Positions 34,441-45,554 of a DNA stretch of 46,766 nucleotides are shown here, one piece after another. How positions within the stretch are numbered: the stretch's first letter is position 1; each line of letters starts with the position of its first letter. Position numbers and translations under genes: made by a program. The notes beneath the pieces are model-generated. The model was given only the letters and a program-made list of their open reading frames with translations. It had not been told where the DNA came from and did no database searches. This stretch comes from Asterionella formosa (taxonomy: Eukaryota). The DNA lies in the NCBI GenBank assembly GCA_002256025.1, contig NKIB01014145.1, forward strand, positions 1-46,766, in the 5' to 3' direction.

Positions 34441-37205
34441 GGAACGATAGTTCTAGGATTCTTGAGGTGGCGAACCACTTTTGCCTGTGCAAGTGGTTCC
34501 TCATTAGAGTGCACGGGTACTTTTGAAGCATGGCAGTCCTCCAATACCTTGAATTCCTGAACTAGTTTGATCAGGCCCTCTTGGATAAGCGTCAAAGTAC
34601 AATCCTCCAGTAAACGATAAATTAATTTGAATTCTCAGAAATGCGGCAAGGGCACCTTCATGGTTCAATTGTCGTCGGCAGGTTGTCAATAATGGTTTCA
34701 ATTTAGCTCAATAAAATGGTTTCTGACGAATTGTTGCGAAATAGACTTTGATTTCAAGTTGATGTGAAGCATGAAATCCACAATTTCGACAACTAGATCT
34801 AGAAATGCAGCCCGAAATATATGTATGTGCATGTTATTCATAATATTTACGTCATTTTTATATGTAACATACATTTTGTTTTGCCTGGCTTGTGCATACT
34901 AGCTGAAACTTATGGTGCCTACCTAATTTAGTTTCATGGAGTATTTCTATGCAGCCATACTGTCCAACAACAGAATATCAATGGACATCCACCAACTTTC
35001 TTGTGACACACAATACCCTCACAAAAACGGCCAATCTCCAAGCCAAATCATATTCCATAGTAGCTAAATAGAGCCATTTTCAGCTATCTAGTACCATATA
35101 ACGATATACATATTACGAGCATCTTATATCTTCTGGTATTCTAACAACCATTTTAAAGGAAACATTACGAAAAGATTTGGAAAACCCGTAGCCCACTGCT
35201 GGGTAAGAGTTTATTTTGTAAATGCCATTGTCAAATCTGTAGTGAAACCGGCCTTGCGACAGTTTTGTTGAGAGCTGTAATCTCAATTTATATAATAGCA
35301 TTGACTGCTTTAGGGCAGGTACTCCTACTAGAGAAAATAATTTTAGAGATATCGTTATATTTGATTGTATAATTGTCAGTTCACAGTACTAATATAAATT
35401 TTTATGTCACTAAATGTCATAAAATACAAAAGAAAATATCATCCCATCGCACAGTCGTGTAACAAGCGGAAACCTTTCATCAACTTGCTGATCATTGTCT
35501 TGTTTTCATTTCTACTTCTTTATTGCTTTAGTTAAAATTATTCCATTTGTTCTAGCTCAGTTGTAACATTCCAGCAGGTATAGGGTGCCGATCATGTGAC
35601 TTTTGTGACGCCACTGTAGAAGTCCAATAACATCTACATGACACAATACTGGCCTTTGGTGAATGCTCCCTCAGGCAGATTGGTACATTTAGGTAATAAT
35701 GCTAAATAGTGTTACATGTAATTATAATAATTAAGTAGCTTCAAGCAAAGTACGCTATTATGATTAAAAACTCAACAAAGTGGAGATTGTGACATCACAA
35801 AGTGGCCCAATGGGCCTTTGTGCTGCCTGTTGTCAGTCTCCCCCCGCCATTCGGAACCCTAGGGACTGCATATCTCAACAAGGTAGGCGAAGAGTGCTGG
35901 AATCGTACCCGCCGCCTCAGAATGCTGTTAACGACTCAGCCAGCCACTCCCCTAGCAATACTTGCTTCCTAGATGAGAATACATTATGCTTTGCTTCCTC
36001 TTCTGCAATGTTTTCAACGCTGAGGAGGATATATATATATATAAAATATTTCTCTCTTCCACTAGTAGCTAGCTAATATAAAGCTGCACTTTATGTTGTA
36101 CAGGGGGTTATCTGTGAAGTGTCATGGCATAGTTTGTAGCCAGCTGTGGCCAAGCAATCTTGTTGTGTGTCAGGAGGAGGTGATCAGTCTCTCGTGTAAC
36201 AACCAGCTATGGGCATCAGCCTGTTTATATCATCCACCATGCCGCTTTGCCTAGGAGTCTTCTACCAACCTTAGTGTAGTAATTTGAAATAGCCATAGTA
36301 GTAGTAGGGTAGATGAGTATTGATGGTAAAAGCGATTCCTACCTGCCTTTGAATAGATATCTTGGGTTGGTGGGTGTGCTTGGTTTAAGCTGTACTATAT
36401 CTATAGATAATGTAATTTGGATGATTTTTGGATTGTGCAATGCAATGTTTTCTTTCCTTGGTTTATTGAGCTTACATTTGGGGTCAGCAGTGCTTCAACC
36501 AGTCTGCTTCCGTTTGATCAGGTACACTTTCAGAGTCAGTGAGTTTGACAAAACAATGCTGAGTTGATGCATTTGTATCAATTGCCGGGGTATATAATTT
36601 TGCCATGGATGCAAGAATGGGGTCGTTCGATTGGTGACATCGCAGGATATGTAGAGTTGCGAAGCTCTATGTAAAAATGATGGACTCGAAGGAGACCATG
36701 TACCGGTATATAATCGCGCTTACATAGAAGTTTCTTCTTGGTGATACTATTCCATACTATAGGTTGTATCAATGTTCTTCTAATAAGGAGGGACATCACA
36801 TATATTTTGTTTTGTAGTATGTACTGGTATGTTTGCAGTACCTGGTAGATTCTTAGAGAAAATCCTTCAATCACGATATCCTATCGATACACGCTTCTTT
36901 TGTCGGCATTTAACAGCATGATTATTGGAGCATTGTTTGAGACTGTGTAAAGGACGACTCGAAATATATAAGCCCAGCCAGCAATGACCTTTGTACTTCT
37001 GCAACTGCAAGTACAACTACAAGATACCAGGTTCCTGTTACTGCGAGCACCTGGTTTTTACTTGGTACCTGGTACCAGGTAGCAGGTAAAAAGTTTGCCG
37101 GTAACTAATGTCTTCTGCATCATTGATAAATGACATTTCGATGCTTCTTCCCTATATGTATGGTCATTTTGACTCTCGGTCGTCACAGAAAATAGATAAT
37201 ATCCT

Positions 37206-38022
37206 TAAGGTTGCGGCCCTCGGCTTAACCCTAGTTTGGAGAAAAAGTCGATAGGGTTGTAAAAACGGTGTGGAACAGGGAATTTTTTCTGTGTATTCCC
37301 AAGTTGCAAGTATCTCCCTGAATATTTAAAATAAGTAGAAAATGGCGCCACATTGATAGAGTTCCTCCATTTCAAAACGAATGAAGATGTTAATGTTGTA
37401 TCTACCTTGCTCAATGTAGATATAATTTTACTCCCCACCAGAGCACATGTATATACTAGCTACTATATAGTATACCTCGATCATGTACTGGTAGTCATCC
37501 TGCTTCTATAATGCAATATTGGTTCTCCTCTCTGCAAACATCGAACAATGCAACAATCAACCATGAGTTCTGTTGGATCTCCCCCAGTGAATGCCAATCC
37601 ACTTCCATACAATCATGTTCCGTGCCCCACTTGTATTGATCATGACGATTAAAATAGATAGCCATGTACCCTATAATGTCAGGAGTTAACTTCTGGAGAG
37701 AAGTGGCAGTTATGTATCGTAGATTTTTTGAAAAGTTTCGCAACCCCTCTTTTTGACTATTTTTGCGGTAGTTACGAATCTATGATACATAACTGCCACT
37801 TCTCTCCAGAAATGGGGTCCTTAGCATATCTGTATATAGATCATACCCTTAAGTCGAGCAATGACAGTATCTAAGCATATGCAAAGTGGTCGTAATGGTG
37901 AAAGCTAATTTTACCTTTAACTATTTTACTTACTTGTACGTGATGTGTGGATTGACATACATCATAAAAATATTTTGGGGAAAAAGGACCTCGCAATTTG
38001 TAACTGCGGGGCCGCAACCTTA
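37206..38022. mobile_element. ~0.8-kb non-autonomous TIR DNA transposon
   Basis: TAAGGTTGCGGCCC (37206-37219) and GGGCCGCAACCTTA (38009-38022) are perfect 14-bp inverted repeats; the terminal TA may be the target-site duplication. No intact ORF. Confidence 0.7.
37691..37811. repeat. 35-bp inverted repeat (1 mismatch, 51-nt spacer)
   Basis: TTCTGGAGAGAAGTGGCAGTTATGTATCGTAGATT (37691-37725) against AATCTATGATACATAACTGCCACTTCTCTCCAGAA (37777-37811). Confidence 0.92.
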
Positions 38023-38297
38023 GCAACAAGAATTATTATTTTCATGTCTGTTGAGTGTCCTTGGCAAATACTCCGTGTATTTATTAAATTTTCCTTTGTT
38101 CACCATATTTATACCGGAATATAATCTAATACATAAAACATACTCATACCGGTGCCATGTTTTCTGCTACCGGTAAATAGTTGTAACAAAATACCGGTGT
38201 ATTGTATTTATACTTCAATATATAACGGATTCCATCTGTGTTGTCGAAGTTTAAAAAAAAATAACAAGATCATCGAACCAGTTGATCGTACAACAAA

Positions 38298-39456
38298 ATG
38301 AGAGCACCGGTACACAAACTGACGGCACTGACCGCTACTCAAGAGCATGCTGACCATCTATTGCGAGGTGGCAATCTCGAAGATGCTCTCGCTGAATACA
38401 ATTCGGGCATTCATCCTAAAGGGTTCGACCATGCAAGCTGCGGAGTTTAGGCTCGTTTTTATGTTTATAGAGCTATGTGCAACCTTAAACTCTCCCAACC
38501 CCTTAACTGCCTCCTTTTTGCAGCTGAGGACTGTCAACGGGCCATTGAGCTGCTTCGTGGGGGTGTTGACGAATATGAATTGATCGTTTTGGCTTACTTG
38601 CAATCTGCAAAATCCAAGATGTGGTATCAAGGTCATAAAGAAAGAAACTACTGGGAAACTGGTGACGAAAATGGAGAACCCAAAAAGAAGACCAGAAAAC
38701 GAAGAATGGGAAGTCCAGCCTTTACCAAAATGACCAACGATCCTGAGATGGGCCTAGTGAGTGAGATGGGCCTAGTAAGTGCTCTGGAAGATCTTTGGCA
38801 GGCACAGAAATACGATCCAGACAACGCCAGTGTTAACGACACAATGTATACGGTCAAGGCATGTTTGAATTCATTAATTGCGGATGGAGTATCTACTACC
38901 ATTTCGTTTTTGTGAGGTAATCATAGACCCATCACCCATTCTCGAGAATTACGATCCCGAGATATTATCGTTTGGACTGAGCGTCTAATTTCGAAAAGGA
39001 GCATGTTGGATCAAAAATCTGATAAGTATGGAAGTGCCTCTAGTCTCAATATCGGGCGAGATCGTCATGGTTCCAGTTTGCCTCTCTAAAGCAATTCATT
39101 CATTTGGTTTACGCATTGATCTGTTGTACAGTCATCACCTTGGCACCGACATCTTGCAGGATCGCCTGGAAATGTTGGGATCGAAAAACTTGAAGGATTG
39201 GTTGGATGATAAATATCGTCCTTTCAATGTGCTGACTTTCTCCGGGTGTACCCAGGATCCTACCAAACCTGATGCCTTCAAGCCTAGCTCGTATTTCGTC
39301 ACTCAACCACCAGAAAAACGTCGACTTCTTTGGCAAACGTTGATCGATGCTCAAGTCTTTCGACCACGTAATTTAGTTGGCGAGGGACACTTTGGGATGC
39401 TCAGTGACCTTCGAGTCAGAATGCTTGAAAACAGTTGGTGGTACTGCCAATTCTAG
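38298..39456 (+). pseudogene. Disrupted TPR-domain gene
   Basis: The ATG at 38298 reads ..GNLEDALAEYNSGI.., hits an in-frame TAG at 38448, and continues in the same frame as ARFYVYRAMCNLKL..AAEDCQRAIEL..ALEDLWQAQKYDPDN. Then a TGA at 38913 and a frame change near 39030-39090. Confidence 0.6.
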
Positions 39457-39544
39457 CTTCGTTTTAGCATTTTCTTTTCAAACTGGCGGAACTTTATTTT
39501 CACCAGAGCTCAATAATCATTTGTCAGGCGGATTTTTGTTTAGA

Positions 39545-39906
39545 CCTCCTCGCAATGGAATTTATGGACGGAATCGGAGATTTTATGAAGAAATTTGCAC
39601 TGAAAGCTGAATGATTGTTTCAACATTTTATCAAAGGAAGAAATGCCAACTTTCATCAAGCGCTGTAAAAGTAAATCGGCAATGGTCCCATCAAATTTGC
39701 CGAATCTGCTGCGCAAAAAAAAAACTGCTGCGCAGTGTTCTGCATGTTCCCCGGGAATGTAAGTGGTAACCTGAGAAAAGATGGACTAAGTATAACGTTG
39801 AAGGAATTAGATATTATCGTCATCAAGGAAGATGTGGGAGTTATCAATGGACCGATAAACAACTCAGTTTCGGTTCTCATTTAATTTTGAGCCACGAAAC
39901 GACTGA
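39545..39906 (+). pseudogene. Decayed paralog of the parvulin gene at 30752-31213
   Basis: Colinear matches ATGGACGGAATCGGAGATTTTATGAAG, AAATTTGCCGAA, TCTGCATGT, GGTAACCTG, CTCAGTTT.GG.TCTCATTTAATTTTGA and CGAAACGACT, with multiple indels. Confidence 0.9.
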
Positions 39907-40172
39907 ATGATCGTTGATCTACAATGATTCTAATTAATAAAGCTTTTACAGTATAAGGAGTAGTTCCCTCAACGACACATTGTGATATATATGGAAGTCG
40001 GCAAGATTACGGTAGTTGGAGGCCATCATGTAGGAAACTTAGCAAGCTTTCAACTGCTTTCCGAAATGAGTCTACGTAAAATAGTGATTGCAAATTTTAC
40101 TCCAGCGATGTAAATTTAATGCATTTGAAGTACATGATGTATGTGACGATCATCACACGATGAGCTAGGTGT

Positions 40173-43100
40173 CTACGCAGTGCCATACCCCATAAAATTT
40201 CGGGGTGGAATGCCATTTTTCTCGTCGATGCATTCGAGGAAATAGCGCGACGGACCATCATCGAAGCGTTCCAAAATCGTTTGGAAGCATTGTTTGGCAT
40301 GCTCCCAATCCCGGGCGTAGTACGATTGCAAGCCAGAGTTGAATTTTTGGAAAAAGAGCCCATCAGAGAATAGTTCACGAATCTTCCTCAAATCATCACT
40401 CAACCAAACGTTCGCGTTATAAAGGGTTGGTCCGGTTGGCAACACCAGTTCTGGAGGGACATGGCGAATACTTGGGTCAGCTTCGTGTCCAAACTCTGTT
40501 GACCCAGCCGCATTTGTAGCAACATCCAGAGCCGCGGCTTCAGAATTGGCGGAAATCTTAAACTCCTCGCTGATCATTTCCGCTACCCCGGATTTCAAAC
40601 GGTTCACGCTTCGTCGGCGAGGCCCCTTTAGTAATCCTGGGCCTGCATTCCGAGTTAAAGGCTTCTTTTCTAATGCTTCTCGCTTTGAGCCCTTCGTATT
40701 TTCGTTTACCGATTCAGTGTCTGATCCGCCATCACCATCAGCAACAGAAGTCTTCTTTGCTGATACTCTCCACAAAGCATCTATGTCCATATCAAATGTA
40801 AACAATTCCATTACATCTCCCTCATACACATCTTCTTCGTCATCGTCATCATTTTGAAGCATAATCTGATCGACCTTTCTGCAACGGCGACGATTGCTGG
40901 GGTGTAACAGGCGGTGAAAATTGTCTGACATGAGCATATTTAAACCATATTTCTTTGTGGATGATTCTAAAAATTCAGCACGTTCCACTGATTCTGAGAC
41001 ATAAGTGGCATCGATCTTTCTCTGGGACCCAATTGCTCCCTGTACAGCCTTTCCAGCGTGCAAACCGAAACCCATCTGTACCACTGGTCCCTTTCTCTTT
41101 GAAAGTTTAGTTAATAAATTTTCACGCGCCGTCTCGCTCATTGTCTCAATATAAAATTTGTCGTGGTGCAACGCCATACAAATCTTGACCACAGACAACA
41201 GGGCCTTGTCGGCTTGATTGCTTTTCGCTGTATATGTTTCGGCACTATTCGAACTAGTATTCCTAGTCTCAGATCGCATAACCCGTCCTCGACCAGTAGC
41301 AGGACGACCAGTTTTGGTTCCGTCGTCCTCTAGCAACCAACTCAAAAGGAATGCATCGCCAATGTTTTTGTTAGCAGACCCTCCATACGCATGACAAATT
41401 GAATGAACAACAGCCGCAATTCGATTGGTGAACACGAATACCTCTTCTTGAAGACATTCTGTAGCATCAGTGAACTGTCGAATGTCACAAAACAAAAAAA
41501 TACATGAGACTGTCGAACCCTGAGAATTCAGAATCAACATGTTCTTTGTGTGCCCTCTTTCTAAATTGTTTCGGATAATTTCTACGCCGGCACTCCCGAA
41601 CCCGACTTTCATCAAAGATCCTATACGAAGGATAGTAGACATGAGGAACGATGTTTCCATACCCTTCAACACCTCCTTGGTCCAGCGAGTGTTCTTAGTT
41701 AACTCATCTTCTTCCGCCACGAATTTTTTGTACCTCGGTGTGCTCTGATAACCAAGAGGATCAATCATAAGCATCCCAAGCAACCTAACCATTCGCTCGA
41801 TGGGGATAACAACCAGAGTCATCACTGGTCCAGCAAAGGCAGCAACACCAAAAAACCATACCAACAAAATGAAAATAGTGGAACAAAGTTCGACCCATGC
41901 TTCGTTTTTACGTCCGGTCCGATTGTCAAACAAGCCAATCGTGGTGAGATTGAAAGCGTCCGTAATACTGATCTTCACAATCTCAAAGTCACGAAGGATT
42001 GTAGTGTCCTCAACATCGTTATATGATCGACTTTGGCCGTTTGAAAAATTGTACTGGTATAATTTTGGAACGGATGAAGCTCGTGCAGCCTGAATGGCTA
42101 CGTCAGCAAACAAGGCGTTACCGGTCTGGTTGTGCAATACAATCATAGTAGAAGGCCAGGTCGCATCGTTCTCAGAGTAAGTGAATAGCACTGTCAATAT
42201 GAGAGCAACAATGATTCCAATGGCCACACGCTGACCTGTCAATTCACGCATCGCACTACCGACTTGAGATTCTTTTTTGCGACGGCTAACAGCTGTTCTG
42301 GCTTGACTGCTATTTTTACTTGACATTGACAATATCGTCCGACGAGAAATACCGTTCTTGGCTCCGCTTCTTGTGAATGACTTCGCGGTGACACTATAGT
42401 GCCTCAATATTGAATTTTTCTGCGTCACATTTTCGACGGTATTTCTAGTATGGAGATCTCGACGGGAGTCCCAAGCGACGTCTTCTTTGTCACTACTTCG
42501 TTCCGCGGCATCCTCCAGGTGCTGGCCTACATTGGCTCGCCAAGCACGCTGGATCTTTGTGGCGGCTATATGACGTCGAATTTCTTCATCATCACCCCGC
42601 AAAATACCAAGGTAACGCATAACTTTTTTTACAAAACCGATAATGCCTTTATCATGCAATTTTTGAGCTTCAGCATATCGCGTTCGCTCTTCTTCCATTT
42701 GAGTTGCTTTCAAAGTAGCCAAAACTCCCAAATGGACCCCTCCCCAACTTGAACGAATCCCACTTTTGCTATCACGTCCTTTGTTTCCTACTTCTGATTT
42801 TGACGTGTCTTCTATTTCTAGTGAATTAGACGATTGAAGAGAGATTCTTCGACGATAATTCGTCCAATATCTATGTGGATTGATTCGCTGGAAAACCCAG
42901 TACCAATTCACCTTCGACTTCATGACTGTCGACGCTTGAATGAAACGAGCAACACGAGCGGTTCGTCCAATGGTAATCAAAAGTTGGAGTTCGAATGCCA
43001 CGGGTATAGCAAGATTGACATCTCCCAAGCCAGAAATCTAATATAAAAGCGGAGCACAAAACGTTAGGCATTTGTGTATCAAAATAAAAATACAATACAA

Positions 43101-43916
43101 CGGGAAACGTACTGGTAAGCCATATTCATTGATCGTGATATCGATGTTTGCAGTTCGATAAAGTCCCTTGAAAATAAAGGAAATATCAAATAGCAAAGTT
43201 AGGGTGGAGAACAGGTCACACCAAAACATGAAGCTGCAAAGCTTGCAAGCACCCCATGCAGACGGTCCTTCCTCAGTCCCACCCTGAACATTGAATCCAA
43301 AATACAGGTGCTCAACATAGCATCGAGATATGATATCAATAGTGAAGAATACGAAGGCAATGGTAAAAAGAATATCAAATGCTATGTCACCCTTCTTCGG
43401 AATCCAAAGTTGTTGAATTTCAGCCCCGAATAACAGAACAACTGTGAAAAAAATCGTGCCAAAATGCCACCAGCGAGAGTTGATGAGGCGACTCATATAG
43501 TCTAGCATTTTCTTCGTCGGTTTACACTTAGTTCTCATGACTTGCCAACATCGTTGCCACGGTTTAAAAGCTACCACATCGTCGTCGGTAATGGCACTGT
43601 TGCTTGAAGCCTGATTATTGGTAAGGGAAGTCCCTAGATTTTGAACCGCTCGCGGTGGTTGATTTACCACAAACGGGGACACGACATCTGCAGCTGGTGC
43701 ATCAGATCGATAGTCATGGTTGCGATGTGCAAAGAAAGCTCCAAAGAATGAGTGCTTCTTGACAGGAGGAGTCACTGGCTGTGAGATCTTAAGATCGGTC
43801 CCGACGCCACGGAACTCATCGCTGCGATTTTCCTCAGAACTGAATCGTACTGATGGCATGGCTTTTCTCGAACGACGAAGAGTGGTGCGGAGCGACCCCC
43901 TTAATTCCTCCGACAT
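40173..43916 (-). CDS. Ion-channel-like (voltage-sensor-type TM) class III adenylyl cyclase with IQ motif and C-terminal TPR; exons 43916-43113 and 43037-40173
   Basis: 75-nt phase-0 intron GTACGT..CTAAC..TTAG (43112-43038). TM helices include FWCDL (S3-like) and GRTARVARF (S4-like). Also KIQRAWR, IPIERMV, LMKVGFGSAGVEII, FCDIRQFTDATECLQEEV, ANKNIGDAFLL, GFGLHAG.A..GAIGSQRKIDA and FNSGLQSYYARDWEHAK. Confidence 0.9.
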
Positions 43917-44897
43917 GGTGTAGTAGAACGATGGAAAATAATGACAAAATCGAAAGCAGCGCGAGGTGACAGCCGCAAGGAAAGAAATGATTATGGTAGT
44001 ACCCTGGTACCAGGTACCACGTACCAGGGACCAGGGACCAGGTACCAGTTACCAGCTACCTGGTACCCTCGTACCACAGGGCGAGGTGAAATGGACATCG
44101 TATTTACTGGAACATGAATTACACATGTAAATATAAAAGTATATCTATCTAGTACGTATCAGGGTACGGTACTACCGTTAATCTGTGTTGGTGCTTATTT
44201 ATTTTACACGTGAAAAGTACGTGTTTGATAAGTCTGAATCAAAATTATTTCTTAAATCCTACATACATCGAGCAACGTCGTATGTAGCATTTCGGAGCAA
44301 GAAGAACCTGACAGCAACAACAGAAATGAAGGAAGCAACATATCCCCCCGGATGTGAGATACGAAGTAATGATTCTTGTTGGTGGACCGAGCAACATCGC
44401 GCACCTAATAGTGTTCCGGTACCCTATAGATTGACCAGACGAGGTGGTACCAGTACCAGCTACCACGTACTGGGTATCTTAGGGCTACTAGGTACCAGTC
44501 CCGGTAGGGTAGAAAACTGTCGTGCGTTTACGATGACGAGGCTATCCTGCAAAATCTCCTTCTTCGTAATAAGGCGAGGTTCCCGATTGTTCCTGCTCAA
44601 CTCGTCATCAGCAGCAATGCCCTACTATGAGCACCTTTTGCCACATCATTTGTCAAGATTGCTTGCACTCAGCACAATCCCGACATCGCTCATAAGAAAA
44701 AAACAACGACCAATACCTCACTTTCTAAGTTGAGAAAAAATCAGGTGCAACTAATTTTAATGTAAGGAGACGTGGAAGGTCCCTGACATGTGGCGTTCTT
44801 GCCGTGTCTCTTGCGTTCACATTTTATCTTCGTATAAATACATTTGTCTCACCCAATCAAATGGCGAACCTTGTACAGCAGTTGCTAGCATTTCACC

Positions 44898-45461
44898 ATG
44901 GGAAATTCAGCCTCCAGCCTTCCTGCACTTCAGACAGTTGCCAATTGCGAAACTTCCAAGTTCATGGGAACATGGTTTGTTGTTGGTGTCAAGCCTACAA
45001 TGTTTGAAAAGACTTGCTCCAACGCCGTTGAGCGATATACTCTTGTACATGGCAAGAACCACGATGTGGACATTGACTTCCAGTACAACAACAAGGAGGC
45101 CATCACGTCACCACTAAAGTCGCTGCCACAAAAAGGGTGGGTTCAAGGAAACAAGGAAAACAGTGGAGTTTGGAAGGTCTCGCCAACATGGCCCATCAAG
45201 ATGCCGTACATGATCATCGAATGCGACGACAATTACGAATACTGCGTCATTGGATATCCCACTCGCGATTACTGCTGGATTATGAACAGAAAACCCATCA
45301 TGGATGATAGTACATACGAAAAGATCACAAAGCAACTAGAGGAGAAGCATCAGTACGACTTGAAAGGGCTAAGAAAGGTTCCTCAAACATGGACGAAAGA
45401 GGAACGTGCGAACCGGGGCTTGACACAGGAAATTTCTGACGATATGCTCATTGACAAATAA
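44898..45461 (+). CDS. Lipocalin (Blc/TIL-like), 187 aa, possibly N-myristoylated
   Basis: KFMGTWFVV (SCR1 GxW), YEYCVIG.PTRDYCWIMNRKP (SCR2/3). N-terminus MGNSAS with no signal peptide. Confidence 0.88.
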   Translation: MGNSASSLPALQTVANCETSKFMGTWFVVGVKPTMFEKTCSNAVERYTLVHGKNHDVDIDFQYNNKEAITSPLKSLPQKGWVQGNKENSGVWKVSPTWPIKMPYMIIECDDNYEYCVIGYPTRDYCWIMNRKPIMDDSTYEKITKQLEEKHQYDLKGLRKVPQTWTKEERANRGLTQEISDDMLIDK

Positions 45462-45554
45462 TGGCGGGGAATGTAATCTTTCTAGTATGACAGTCTATCT
45501 CTATGCATTAGAATCTTGTAGAATCGGGGTTGAGGGAACCATGGCTCACAATAA

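Noticed and set aside
36094..36555. Possible solo LTR (TGTTG...AAACA)
   Set aside because: No matching target-site duplication and no second copy in the window.
38448..38450. Stop-codon reassignment or readthrough
   Set aside because: TAG terminates RPC11 and other genes normally, and further lesions downstream point to a pseudogene.
44185..44733. 182-aa ORF, and similar ORFs containing VPGT/YQVP/WY
   Set aside because: They run across the GGTACCW tracts, which lack stop codons in several frames; most have non-ATG starts and no domains.
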